The notes under the pieces: model-generated
Database searches by the model: none
The model's input: only the letters and a program-made list of their open reading frames with translations
What the model was told of the DNA's origin: nothing
Position numbers and translations under genes: made by a program
Virus record (IMG/VR): IMGVR_UViG_3300050821_018098
Reading direction: 5' to 3' (one strand)
From: a virus
Lineage: Duplodnaviria; Heunggongvirae; Uroviricota; Caudoviricetes
DNA length: 64,000 nucleotides
In this document: in pieces, positions 1 through 8,999 of the stretch
Layout: every line of letters starts with the position of its first letter
How positions within the stretch are numbered: the first letter of the stretch is position 1

Positions 1-54
1 ATAGTTACAAAAGAAGACAGCGAATATAATTTTAAGAAAAATATACCTGATGAT

Positions 55-366
55 ATGTATAAAGTCGGGTTTAATTATTTACATAATTATGCATACGAAT
101 ATACTTTGAGATATTATAAATATAGTTTAGTTAGTCAACTATATCATTCAGATATTAAAAATATACCAAAGATTTTAACTATTTCAACATATCATATGAC
201 GAAAGTTGATGAAGATCAACTTCAAAAAATACATAATCAAAAAATTATAGGACAAGATAAACGTGATTTAGAAGTTAACACAGTTTTACAAAATTATGAA
301 AGTTTGGCTAACGAACTTAAAGAAAAGTTCAAAGAGTTTGAAAGAAGATTAAACATTAACACTTAA
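55..366 (+). CDS. hypothetical protein
   Basis: 103-aa ORF upstream of the portal; no recognisable motif. Confidence 0.45.
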   Translation: MYKVGFNYLHNYAYEYTLRYYKYSLVSQLYHSDIKNIPKILTISTYHMTKVDEDQLQKIHNQKIIGQDKRDLEVNTVLQNYESLANELKEKFKEFERRLNINT

Positions 367-430
367 ACTTTTACACTTAAACCTATATAACATACAAGTT
401 AATCATTATATTTTAGTATAGATGACTAAA

Positions 431-437
431 TATATAA
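431..437 (+). promoter_or_regulatory. putative phage late-promoter motif TATATAA (representative copy)
   Basis: TATATAA starts 26-29 nt upstream of the start codon of portal (431), protease (2327), MCP (4531), neck (37796), gp25 (38944), and on the minus strand tube (31725) and sheath (36535); reminiscent of T4 late TATAAATA. Confidence 0.55.
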
Positions 438-459
438 CATAAATATTTGAGAATCATTA

Positions 460-2214
460 ATGTCAAGTTACACACCTCAATCAGGAGCTTATGGTCAGTT
501 AGGATATAATAAAAGCATGTTTTCAAGACTCTTGAGAAGAATAGGAAACTTCAATATGGAGTATCAAGATATGATCTTTAGAAATCAAGTTGGTGTTGGT
601 ATAAATCAAGAAGCTACACCAACAGCTCTGAAAAATTCTGTATCAAAGGGTAGTGATATGTATGATGTTTTTTCCAGAAATGCTGTTAATAAAATAATGA
701 CAGAAAAATCTATCTCTTATCTTGATGGTAGCTATTTGGAAAAAAGAAGAATCTTGAGAGAGTATAGTCTTAAAGATGAAATACGTGATATGATTACACA
801 AGTTGCTGATGAAGCTGTCATGTATAAAGAAGGGGAACCATTCTGTTCACCTAAGAGATTATCTGACTCTTTCAGAAAGGACTTGAAAGAAAAATATGAT
901 CAAAATTTCAAATACATATTTAATAGATTAGGATTCAATGGTGGTATTAGAGCATGGTATCTTTTTAGAAAATTATTAGTAGATGGTTATTTAGCTTTTG
1001 AGATAGTATATGATGATAAACAAAAGAATATTATTGATATCATCGATATGGATGCTGCTACACTTGTTCCGGCGGTAGATCCAGTAACTAAAGATTATGT
1101 TTGGATTCAATTTCCTGAAAATCCTATTTACAGAAGAGTATTCTTAGACTCTCAAATAATATACATTTCATATTCTAATAATATGGAATATATGGAGACT
1201 AGTTATGTTGAGAATTTAATACGTCCTTATAACCAATTAAAATTACTAGAGCAAACAAAAATAATGTTTAACATTATTCATGCCTCTATGCACAAACAAT
1301 TTTCTATACCAGTTCACGGATTACCCAAAGCTATTGCTGAACAACAAGTACAACAACTTATAGCTGATTACAAAGACGAAGTTATTTTTGATGAAAGAAT
1401 GGGTCAGGTATATATTAATGGTTCTCCACATATACCATATTCCAAAGAATACTGGTTCCCTGTAGGTGAAGCTGGTAAGCCAGAGTTTCAACTTGTGGAA
1501 CAAAATGGTATCAATCTTAATGAGAATGATATGCTTAAATGGTTTCATGATATTTTGAAAAGAGCTAGTAAATTACCTTTCTCAAGATTTGATCATACAG
1601 CTGGTGGTGGAGCATTATTTGCTTTTGATAATATTCAAAGTGTTACTAGAGATGAAATAACTTTCTTTACTTTTATACAAAGACTAAGATATATTTACAA
1701 GGAAATTGTTATTAAACCTTGGAAAATTCAAATGGTTTTAGATTTCCCTGAATTACTTGACGATGATAATTTTCTTACTAGTATAGATGTAGAATTTAAA
1801 GGTGTGAATCATTTCTATGAAATGATAGAACTTGATAATCTTGTTAAAAAAGTCGGTATATTAGCTACACTTGTTAATTCTGTCCAAGAAGAAGACGGTA
1901 AACCATTCTTCAGTGTATATTTACTTGTTGAGGATATTTTAAAATTTAGTCCTGAATTTTTAGAAAGAAACGAACGATATAAAAAAGAAAAAAGAGGTAC
2001 TGGTCAAGCTGTACCAGCTGAAGGTGGAAGTTCTAGTAGCCCAACACCTGATTTTAGTGGGGGAAGTAGTAGTCCTGAAAATGAATCTCCAGCACCCGAA
2101 GAAACACCACCATCTGAAACGCCACCTCCTACTGAAGCACCAACAACTCCAGAGCCTGGCGGTAATGAAACACCACCTCCAACTGGTGGAGAAGCTGAAA
2201 CATTTACATTTTAA
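460..2214 (+). CDS. gp20: T4-like portal vertex protein with Pro/Thr/Glu-rich C-terminal tail
   Basis: Motifs such as WYLFRKLLVDGYLAFE, SYVENLIRPYNQLKLLE, EYWFP, ITRDEITF match the T4 gp20 family; first gene of a portal-protease-capsid block. Confidence 0.93.
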   Translation: MSSYTPQSGAYGQLGYNKSMFSRLLRRIGNFNMEYQDMIFRNQVGVGINQEATPTALKNSVSKGSDMYDVFSRNAVNKIMTEKSISYLDGSYLEKRRILREYSLKDEIRDMITQVADEAVMYKEGEPFCSPKRLSDSFRKDLKEKYDQNFKYIFNRLGFNGGIRAWYLFRKLLVDGYLAFEIVYDDKQKNIIDIIDMDAATLVPAVDPVTKDYVWIQFPENPIYRRVFLDSQIIYISYSNNMEYMETSYVENLIRPYNQLKLLEQTKIMFNIIHASMHKQFSIPVHGLPKAIAEQQVQQLIADYKDEVIFDERMGQVYINGSPHIPYSKEYWFPVGEAGKPEFQLVEQNGINLNENDMLKWFHDILKRASKLPFSRFDHTAGGGALFAFDNIQSVTRDEITFFTFIQRLRYIYKEIVIKPWKIQMVLDFPELLDDDNFLTSIDVEFKGVNHFYEMIELDNLVKKVGILATLVNSVQEEDGKPFFSVYLLVEDILKFSPEFLERNERYKKEKRGTGQAVPAEGGSSSSPTPDFSGGSSSPENESPAPEETPPSETPPPTEAPTTPEPGGNETPPPTGGEAETFTF

Positions 2215-2220
2215 TAAACA

Positions 2221-2252
2221 AAAAATCCTGAAGCACAACTTCAGGATTTTTT
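2221..2252 (+). terminator. intrinsic terminator after portal
   Basis: AAAAATCCTGAAG-cacaa-CTTCAGGATTTTTT hairpin with T tract. Confidence 0.8.
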
Positions 2253-2353
2253 GTTTTTATTCTTTACATATATAGATGATTGAGGAAATATTTTGAAAGT
2301 AGAAAAATCATATATTTTTATCAAAATATATAAGAAAAAATACTACTACCAAA

Positions 2354-4480
2354 ATGAGTATTATAAAACCAGTATTAATATTAGAACGCACACAAGAACG
2401 CCTAAATCTTAACGAGTCTGTAAAGATGAAGAATGGGAGAAAGCAGTATATCATGGAAGGTGTGTTTACACAATTCATGCAAAGAAACAGAAATGATAGA
2501 GTTTATACTCCAGATAAATTTTTGCCACACTTAGAAGAATTGTTGGGAAGAAAACAAGAATTAGGTGTAGTATATGGTGAATTTGATCACCCTGATGTTT
2601 TTGATACATCTTTAAGTAGAGTATCTCACGTAATTGAAAATGCTAAATATATTAAAGAACATAACCGTGTAGATGGTGCCGTAAGACTCACTAATACTTA
2701 TTGGGGTAAAGAAGCACAAGCTCTTGTTGATGATGAATTTCCTTTATTCATTTCATCTCGTGCTGCTGGTGTAACAGAATCTAACGGTGTTGTCGAAGTT
2801 AAAAAACTTTTTACTTATGATATTGTTGCTGACCCAGGTTTTAGCTCAGCAAAACTTAGTATGAAAGTTATTAATGAGTCTTGTGGATTTGATAATACAC
2901 CCACTTCACCAATCAGAATTTATGATTTATCAGACACATCAAAAACTAATGAATTATTCATGGAAAATAAAAACGATTTTAAAACTCAAGCAGATCTAAT
3001 GAAATTTATGGATTACTTGACTAAAGAAGTTGCTGAAGTAAAAAATGGACTTGCTAAAAAAGTTACAGAATCATCTAAAGGTGATATTAGTGCTTCAGCT
3101 GCTGATATAGAAAAAATGTCAGAATATCAAGAAGCTTTACATGAGACAATGGCTCACATTATTAAATATCTTGATTACATATCAGAAAATATTACAATAT
3201 CTCTTAATGAAACTACAGCTCTTAATAAAAAAACTGATGCTATTGTTGAACACAATGATTACTTATCAACTGAAATAGAAAAATCTATAAATTATGGTAC
3301 TTACATAAGTGAAAAATTAAATCAATCAATTCACTTTGGAAACTACCTAGGTAATAAAGTAAATGAATCAATTCAGTTCGGTAATTATATCGTTGAACAT
3401 TTGAATAATAATATTAATTATGGTGAATACATCACTGAACATCTTAACAAATCTATTCGTTTTGGAAATTATCTTTCTGAACAATTAGATACTACAATTG
3501 GCTACACGGAACTTCTCGCAGAACAAGTAAATAATAGTCTTGAATATGCAGACTATATACGTGAACAAGTAAATATGAATATCAACTACACTGAGAAAGT
3601 TGGTAAATCAATGAACAGAGTAATTGATTATGCACACTATATCAGTGAAACATTAGATACTACAATAGCATATACTGAATTGATTGGTGAAAAACTAAGT
3701 AACACTATGGATTATGCTGATTATGTTGTTGAATGTGCTGATAAAACTATGCTTTATGCTGATAAAATCAGACAAACTATAACTAAGAATACAGGTCTAT
3801 TAACAGAATCAATAAATATACCAAGTGCCGAAGAATTCCTTGAAGAAACTGATGAGACAGATACTATAGTTGATCCAGATAAAAAAGAAGAGGAAGAAGG
3901 CGTTGATAAAATGAAAGATACTGATGAAGAAATTAAAAAAATTACTGAATCGGTTCAATTTAAAACAGGAAATATATCAAAACAAATAGATGTGTTAATC
4001 GCTGAAGCTATGAAGACAGAAGCTTCTAAAGAGGAAGAACCTCACTTTTATCTTTTCTTAACAAAAGAAGATATTAAATCTTTTGAATCACTATCTAATA
4101 GTGATAAGGAAACCGTGAAAATTGCTTTGAAAGAAAGTCAAGGTTATTGGATGAGATCCGATGTACTTAATATAATGCAATCTGTATTATCTAAACCAAC
4201 ATCTGAAACACCTATTAACAAACTTATGAAAGCTATGCCGGATGATATTAAACCAGTTTGGGAAAGTATTACTGACAAAGAAAAATCACGTCTACTTGCA
4301 GAATCTACAATCTATGTATTGGAGACAGATGAAGAAAGAACAAATTTTTGGTCAACAAGAAAAGTTGGTGTCGTGAATGAGTCTAAGAGACTTGTATCTC
4401 ATGCTGATCTGATCATGAATGATACTCTTTCTGATAATGATGTTCAAGGTTTCATGTCAAAATTTAAAATGTTAGGATAA
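2354..4480 (+). CDS. gp21: prohead core protease fused to a long scaffold-like region
   Basis: N-terminal EGVF..RNRNDRVY, GEFDHP, ISSRAAG, TYDIVADPGFSSA (gp21 His/Ser motifs); then about 11 tandem 14-aa helical repeats and an acidic C-terminal region. Confidence 0.9.
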   Translation: MSIIKPVLILERTQERLNLNESVKMKNGRKQYIMEGVFTQFMQRNRNDRVYTPDKFLPHLEELLGRKQELGVVYGEFDHPDVFDTSLSRVSHVIENAKYIKEHNRVDGAVRLTNTYWGKEAQALVDDEFPLFISSRAAGVTESNGVVEVKKLFTYDIVADPGFSSAKLSMKVINESCGFDNTPTSPIRIYDLSDTSKTNELFMENKNDFKTQADLMKFMDYLTKEVAEVKNGLAKKVTESSKGDISASAADIEKMSEYQEALHETMAHIIKYLDYISENITISLNETTALNKKTDAIVEHNDYLSTEIEKSINYGTYISEKLNQSIHFGNYLGNKVNESIQFGNYIVEHLNNNINYGEYITEHLNKSIRFGNYLSEQLDTTIGYTELLAEQVNNSLEYADYIREQVNMNINYTEKVGKSMNRVIDYAHYISETLDTTIAYTELIGEKLSNTMDYADYVVECADKTMLYADKIRQTITKNTGLLTESINIPSAEEFLEETDETDTIVDPDKKEEEEGVDKMKDTDEEIKKITESVQFKTGNISKQIDVLIAEAMKTEASKEEEPHFYLFLTKEDIKSFESLSNSDKETVKIALKESQGYWMRSDVLNIMQSVLSKPTSETPINKLMKAMPDDIKPVWESITDKEKSRLLAESTIYVLETDEERTNFWSTRKVGVVNESKRLVSHADLIMNDTLSDNDVQGFMSKFKMLG

Positions 4481-4557
4481 TATAAATTAATATTTCAGCA
4501 AATAGAAAAAAAATGAGTTTTTCACTGGAATATATAATAAAAAATAAGTAATTCACA

Positions 4558-6342
4558 ATGAATCAAAACATTCAACTTGACAGTGCAAAATCTGTCAAAA
4601 AATGGTCAAAAATTCTCGAGTCAATCGGAATTAACGCTACACCTAGAAATGCTGAAAAAATTGAGTGGATGTCTGAGTATGCAGAATATCACAACATCAA
4701 TGCAAAAAAAGGTTTAGTACAAGAAAACACAGGTTATTCTAACTTAGGTAACTTAACTGGTATGGGTGCAGTAGTATCACCTGGTGTTAACGTTACACCT
4801 GGTCAAACTGGTGCTTACACTAGCTTAGGTCAAGCAACTGGTGCTGGTTCTGGTGACTTCGGTCAACAATTGTTACCAATCGCTATGAAAATCGCTGGTC
4901 AAACTATCGGTCTTGATCTTGTTGGTGTAAAACCATCACCTGGTCCAGTTATCGATCTTATGTATGTAGACTTTAAATATGATGATGGTCCTACAAATGA
5001 TCAAAACTATGTTCCAGTAGTTTTCAAAATCGCTACAACTGCTGCTGATACTAATAGTGTTAATCTTAACGCTATGATAGCTGAATTAAATGCTATACTT
5101 ACAGCTAATTTAATACTACAAACTTCTGGTGGTTTGTCTAGTAGAGTTTGGGTAACATTACCTGCTAACCCAACAGGAAATCAAGGTGGTAACAGAGCTG
5201 GTGGTGCTTTATCTTCAGTACTTTCTGAACCTGCTACTAAAACTGGTGTTCTTGAATTCCTTGGATTCTCAAGAATTGATGGTTTACCAATGTTCCGTGC
5301 TTACAGAACAACGAATGCTTCGTCAATGGGACAATTCTATTTCGATATCACAGCTAATACTTTCGGTACAACTGAAACTGTTAAAAATGCTTTCGAAACT
5401 GGATCGTTCGCTTCTACGTCAGGTTCTGCTGATGGTCTAATAGGTGGTTTTGCAACAAATACTGTCTTGATAGAACTTATCTCAGCTCTTGAAGATCACA
5501 TTCCTGGATTCGTATCTAACTGGAATAAAGATTATGGTATGCCACGTGAACAAGATGATACTACTTATCCAGGTATTATCGCTCCAAGTGTATCTGTAAA
5601 AAGAATAACAGTTGGTTCTATCGAAGTAACTTCAGCTCTTAAAAGAACTGAAATTGAAGATATCAAAGCTCAAACTGGAATGGATATCGTTCAAAAACTA
5701 GAAAGCGTACTTGTTAATGAGTTGTCACAAACAATTTCTAAACAAATCGTTACTAAAGTATACGCAATGGGTAATCTTAACAGATCAACTCTTCCAACTA
5801 ACACTAGTGGGTACACAATGTTCGACTTCGACGTTGATAGTTACTTCGGTGGTGGTACTGCTCCAGCAGGAGAGACTACTCAGTCTGCACAAAGAAAGCT
5901 TATCACTAAAATTGATGCTGCTTCTAACTACATTGCAACTGAAGGTCGTGTTGGACCAGCTACTTTTGCTGTAACTAACGGTAAACTTGCTGCTGCTCTT
6001 AAAACTGCTGCTGGTTTCATTATCAACCCTATTGAGTCTAAACTTAACGCACCAGGACAATTATATCCTCTAGGTACAATTGGTGGATTAACTATTTATG
6101 TTGACCCATACCAAAAATACACTAATGATGTAATTTTACTTGGACGTAAAAACAATCCTGATCAACCAGGTATTATTTTCATACCTTACTTGATGGCTCA
6201 ATCAGTAAACTTGATTTCTGAAGCTACTTTTGGACCACGCATGATGCTCCGTTCAAGATACGCTATCGGTGAACTTGGATGGTATCCACAAAAACAGTAT
6301 ATGACTGTTAAAGTTAACGATACAAAAGGTTACTTAGTGTAG
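4558..6342 (+). CDS. gp23: major capsid protein (T4 gp23-like)
   Basis: KKWSKILES N-terminus, LLPIAMKIAGQTIGLDLVGVKP, IYVDPY, GIIFIPYL, PRMMLRSRYA; low codon third-position diversity typical of a highly expressed gene. Confidence 0.95.
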   Translation: MNQNIQLDSAKSVKKWSKILESIGINATPRNAEKIEWMSEYAEYHNINAKKGLVQENTGYSNLGNLTGMGAVVSPGVNVTPGQTGAYTSLGQATGAGSGDFGQQLLPIAMKIAGQTIGLDLVGVKPSPGPVIDLMYVDFKYDDGPTNDQNYVPVVFKIATTAADTNSVNLNAMIAELNAILTANLILQTSGGLSSRVWVTLPANPTGNQGGNRAGGALSSVLSEPATKTGVLEFLGFSRIDGLPMFRAYRTTNASSMGQFYFDITANTFGTTETVKNAFETGSFASTSGSADGLIGGFATNTVLIELISALEDHIPGFVSNWNKDYGMPREQDDTTYPGIIAPSVSVKRITVGSIEVTSALKRTEIEDIKAQTGMDIVQKLESVLVNELSQTISKQIVTKVYAMGNLNRSTLPTNTSGYTMFDFDVDSYFGGGTAPAGETTQSAQRKLITKIDAASNYIATEGRVGPATFAVTNGKLAAALKTAAGFIINPIESKLNAPGQLYPLGTIGGLTIYVDPYQKYTNDVILLGRKNNPDQPGIIFIPYLMAQSVNLISEATFGPRMMLRSRYAIGELGWYPQKQYMTVKVNDTKGYLV

Positions 6343-6362
6343 TCTGTATTATTAATACAAAT

Positions 6363-6398
6363 AAAAAACCTGTTCATTTATTTGAACAGGTTTTTTTT
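6363..6398. terminator. bidirectional intrinsic terminator (MCP / CYTH convergent)
   Basis: AAAAAACCTGTTCA-tttatt-TGAACAGGTTTTTTTT. Confidence 0.85.
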
Positions 6399-6421
6399 AT
6401 GTTTTGTTATATTTAGCTTCC

Positions 6422-6934
6422 TTATGCATCAAAACCTTTAAATATTGTGGCCAGATTAATGTTATTAAATTCTGGATGCTCTGTGATCTCCATTACGATA
6501 TTATCTCTTAAAAGGGCTGGAATCTCAAAACTATGATCGATTGAAGGAAGTTCTATTTCTGCTATAATTAATGTAACATTACGGAATACATCAATTTCCC
6601 ATATTAAATCTCCTGTTTCAGGGAATTTAAATTTATGTCTGCTTTTAGTAATATAAGTTGAAGCCTCTTTATAAAGATTTTCAAATTCTTCTGAAGTTAT
6701 TTCTTTTTCATTTTCCTCTCTTACTCCAGGACTAACATCTTTCTTTTCTGTATAGGTAAAAACAACTTTAGAATCATCCATAGAACTTTCTTCTCTTACT
6801 CTACGAGATATACCTTCATCACTGGATAAATAAAATTGAAGTATATTTGTTGAATCAACATAGAATTCTTTAGAGGCTGGGTCAAGACTTTTAAGTAAAA
6901 ATTTTCTTTCTATTTCGATACCATTTTTATTCAT
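6422..6934 (-). CDS. CYTH-domain (triphosphate tunnel metalloenzyme) protein
   Basis: IEIERKFLL (ExExK) N-terminal motif, R.RVR, WEIDVF, IIAEIEL, EFNNINLA. Confidence 0.88.
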   Translation of the reverse strand: MNKNGIEIERKFLLKSLDPASKEFYVDSTNILQFYLSSDEGISRRVREESSMDDSKVVFTYTEKKDVSPGVREENEKEITSEEFENLYKEASTYITKSRHKFKFPETGDLIWEIDVFRNVTLIIAEIELPSIDHSFEIPALLRDNIVMEITEHPEFNNINLATIFKGFDA

Positions 6935-7001
6935 AAAACTAATTTTCTTTATAAGTTATATCAGTTTTATCATCAAAGTTTTTATTGAATATCATAATAT
7001 G

Positions 7002-7083
7002 TAGCGGTAGAGGGACTCGAACCCTCCGTAGTAAACCTGGCTCCTTATGAGGAAGCTCCGATGCCATCTCCGGTCATACCGCT
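7002..7083 (-). tRNA. tRNA-Met/Ile2 (CAU), atypical 13-nt variable region
   Basis: Acceptor AGCGGTA/TACCGCT, anticodon arm GCTTC-CTCATAA-GGAGC, T arm GAGGG-TTCGAGT-CCCTC; D stem only CCG/CGG. Confidence 0.8.
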
Positions 7084-7095
7084 ATTTTTTAATTG

Positions 7096-7170
7096 TTTTC
7101 CCAGGAGGATTCGAACCTAAACCATTAAATGATCCAAAATCATTTGTGATGCCAATTACACTATGGGAAA
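7096..7170 (-). tRNA. tRNA-Gln (UUG)
   Basis: Acceptor TTTCCCA/TGGGAAA, anticodon arm AATGA-TTTTGGA-TCATT, T loop TTCGAAT; T stem pairs fully only with a TTT bulge (GG-ttt-AGG/CCTCC). Confidence 0.85.
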
Positions 7171-7182
7171 ATATATAAAAAC

Positions 7183-7220
7183 AAAAAAACCCGACCAACT
7201 ATAAAAGTTGACCGGGTTTT
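7183..7220 (-). terminator. attenuator terminator upstream of the tRNA-Gln/Met pair
   Basis: Minus-strand RNA ACCCGGUCAACU-uuuau-AGUUGGUCGGGU-UUUUUU; 12 bp including two G-U pairs that form only on the minus strand. Confidence 0.85.
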
Positions 7221-7242
7221 AATATTTTTGTTATTTCAAATA

Positions 7243-7314
7243 TTAAGCAAAACTTTCCCAGTCAACCATTGGTTGTTGCTGAGCCTGCATATTATTTGAA
7301 ATTAATTTTTTCAT
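7243..7314 (-). CDS. leader peptide MKKLISNNMQAQQQPMVDWESFA
   Basis: 23-codon ORF read by hand; Gln/Met block ATG CAG GCT CAG CAA CAA CCA ATG; lies directly before the terminator and tRNA-Gln/Met; TATATAA motif 13 nt upstream. Confidence 0.8.
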   Translation of the reverse strand: MKKLISNNMQAQQQPMVDWESFA

Positions 7315-7572
7315 CTTAGATTATATATCAGAAAATTTCTGTTTGTTTTAGCAAAATTAGTAATTTATTTCATTTTATCAAAATATTCTTTAAATAATAT
7401 TCACGCATTTTATCGAATCCATCAATTAAAGTATTCCAGGAATGAATAAGTTCAAAGTTTATTTTCTCATTTACTATAGAAGGAATATACTTAAAATCTA
7501 TATTAGACCAATTATCACCTAAGAAGTATTGAAAGCATTCTTCATCAAACTTATTTCTTACAAACTGATATC

Positions 7573-8856
7573 TCATACTTTAATCTTTTGATCTTTGATT
7601 TTACTATAGATGACTTCCATTATCATACCAATCTGAGCATGATCTACGATATCATCTTTGAATAGGTCTTTTAGTTGTTTAAATTCAACGTAAGTACGTT
7701 CTGTTTCTTCGGTCACACCAAACACCTTTCCTTTGACAGACTTCTTTATATCAGCTAAATCATCATCAGATAGCTCAAGACCAAATAGAGCGTTCTTATG
7801 TATTGATAAAGTAGAAACTAACTGTCTTCTTCCAAAGAATTCTAAATCATATGGTTCAACAGTTAAACCAGTTTCTTCTTTTATCTCTTTAACTATTATT
7901 TCCTGAGGATCTTTACTTGAGAAACTAGAACCACCTGGATTTTCGTAAACATAAATATCTCCATTATTTACTGGAGATCTGAATTCCTTAACAAGAACAA
8001 TATCACTGTTCCACATATCTTCTTGATCAATATGATACATTACTACTGAAGATAAATTGAATCTGGATAGAATTATTTCATTATCTTTATACCGGTCCTC
8101 AGCTTTTATCCATACTTTAACCCACATAGACCATAAGAATAGAATATTTTTATCTGGCCCAACATAATACTTCCATAATACATTTGCATCATGAAGTTCA
8201 TCACCGGCTTTCTCTTGATTTTTATACCATTCAATAAATGTGTCAGAATTCCAAATATCCAAGGGTACAAATCTCTCAGCACCTGTTCTTTTAAATGTAT
8301 ATTTATCTTTCTTTAAAAGTTCTTTATATTTATCAATAACATATTGAAGAGTATTTTCGAGAGTTTTAAAGGCTGGTATATTGTATTTCTCAGCATAAAA
8401 TTCTTGATACCTTACTTTCTCAGCATCTTTAGGACATCCAAGTACAAGTTTTTCTGGAGCCTGACCTTTCCAATAACCCCATTCATCGTTGGTAGTGAAT
8501 CCTGGAAGTTTAACTAAATCTCTTGGTATCCAAAAAAGGATTACATCAGCTATTCTCAAACCTTCTTCTTCCCATTCAATCTGATCCTCATATTCATTTT
8601 TAAATTCACCACTTGAATCTTCCGGAATAAGAACAGCACCAGTAAATCCTTTTTTCTTAAGATATTCTACAGCTTCAGATCTCCAGGATTTAGGTGTTTT
8701 TTTATTTTCTTCAGATCTATAAGTAGGACCAGCAAGAAATACAGTGAATTCAGTTGTTTTAGGTAATTCCTGGTTACTGTAATATACTTTTAATTTTCCA
8801 GAACTATTATCTTCATTAATACTTTGATAAGTATCAGATTTTTTGAAATACTTCAT
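7573..8856 (-). CDS. nucleoside 2-deoxyribosyltransferase-like domain fused to a Nudix hydrolase
   Basis: N-terminal VFLAGPT..SWR..A, QIEWEEEGL..ADVILFWIPR..LPGFTTNDEWG; C-terminal Nudix box PGGS..QEIIVKEIKEETGL. Confidence 0.8.
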   Translation of the reverse strand: MKYFKKSDTYQSINEDNSSGKLKVYYSNQELPKTTEFTVFLAGPTYRSEENKKTPKSWRSEAVEYLKKKGFTGAVLIPEDSSGEFKNEYEDQIEWEEEGLRIADVILFWIPRDLVKLPGFTTNDEWGYWKGQAPEKLVLGCPKDAEKVRYQEFYAEKYNIPAFKTLENTLQYVIDKYKELLKKDKYTFKRTGAERFVPLDIWNSDTFIEWYKNQEKAGDELHDANVLWKYYVGPDKNILFLWSMWVKVWIKAEDRYKDNEIILSRFNLSSVVMYHIDQEDMWNSDIVLVKEFRSPVNNGDIYVYENPGGSSFSSKDPQEIIVKEIKEETGLTVEPYDLEFFGRRQLVSTLSIHKNALFGLELSDDDLADIKKSVKGKVFGVTEETERTYVEFKQLKDLFKDDIVDHAQIGMIMEVIYSKIKDQKIKV

Positions 8857-8949
8857 TTTATAATTTTGATTTATAAAGTATATAAGATAAATGATAAAAG
8901 TTTTGAAGTAATTAGTATCTTTACACCAATAACAGTTAATATATAAGTC

Positions 8950-8976
8950 ATGAAAAATCTAAATTATGGACTCTAA
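8950..8976 (+). promoter_or_regulatory. 8-codon uORF (MKNLNYGL) ending inside a 9-bp hairpin just before the next start codon
   Basis: ACTCTAAGT (8970-8978) / ACTTAGAGT (8988-8996) perfect inverted repeat; next ATG at 9000. Confidence 0.4.
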
Positions 8977-8999
8977 GTAAAAAATTAACTTAGAGTAAA

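Noticed and set aside
1321-6060. Antisense or alternate-frame ORFs inside portal and MCP (1321-1548, 1960-2238, 2024-2275, 5186-5440, 5711-5974, 5785-6060)
   Set aside because: Shadow ORFs of strongly coding genes; no start context or motifs.
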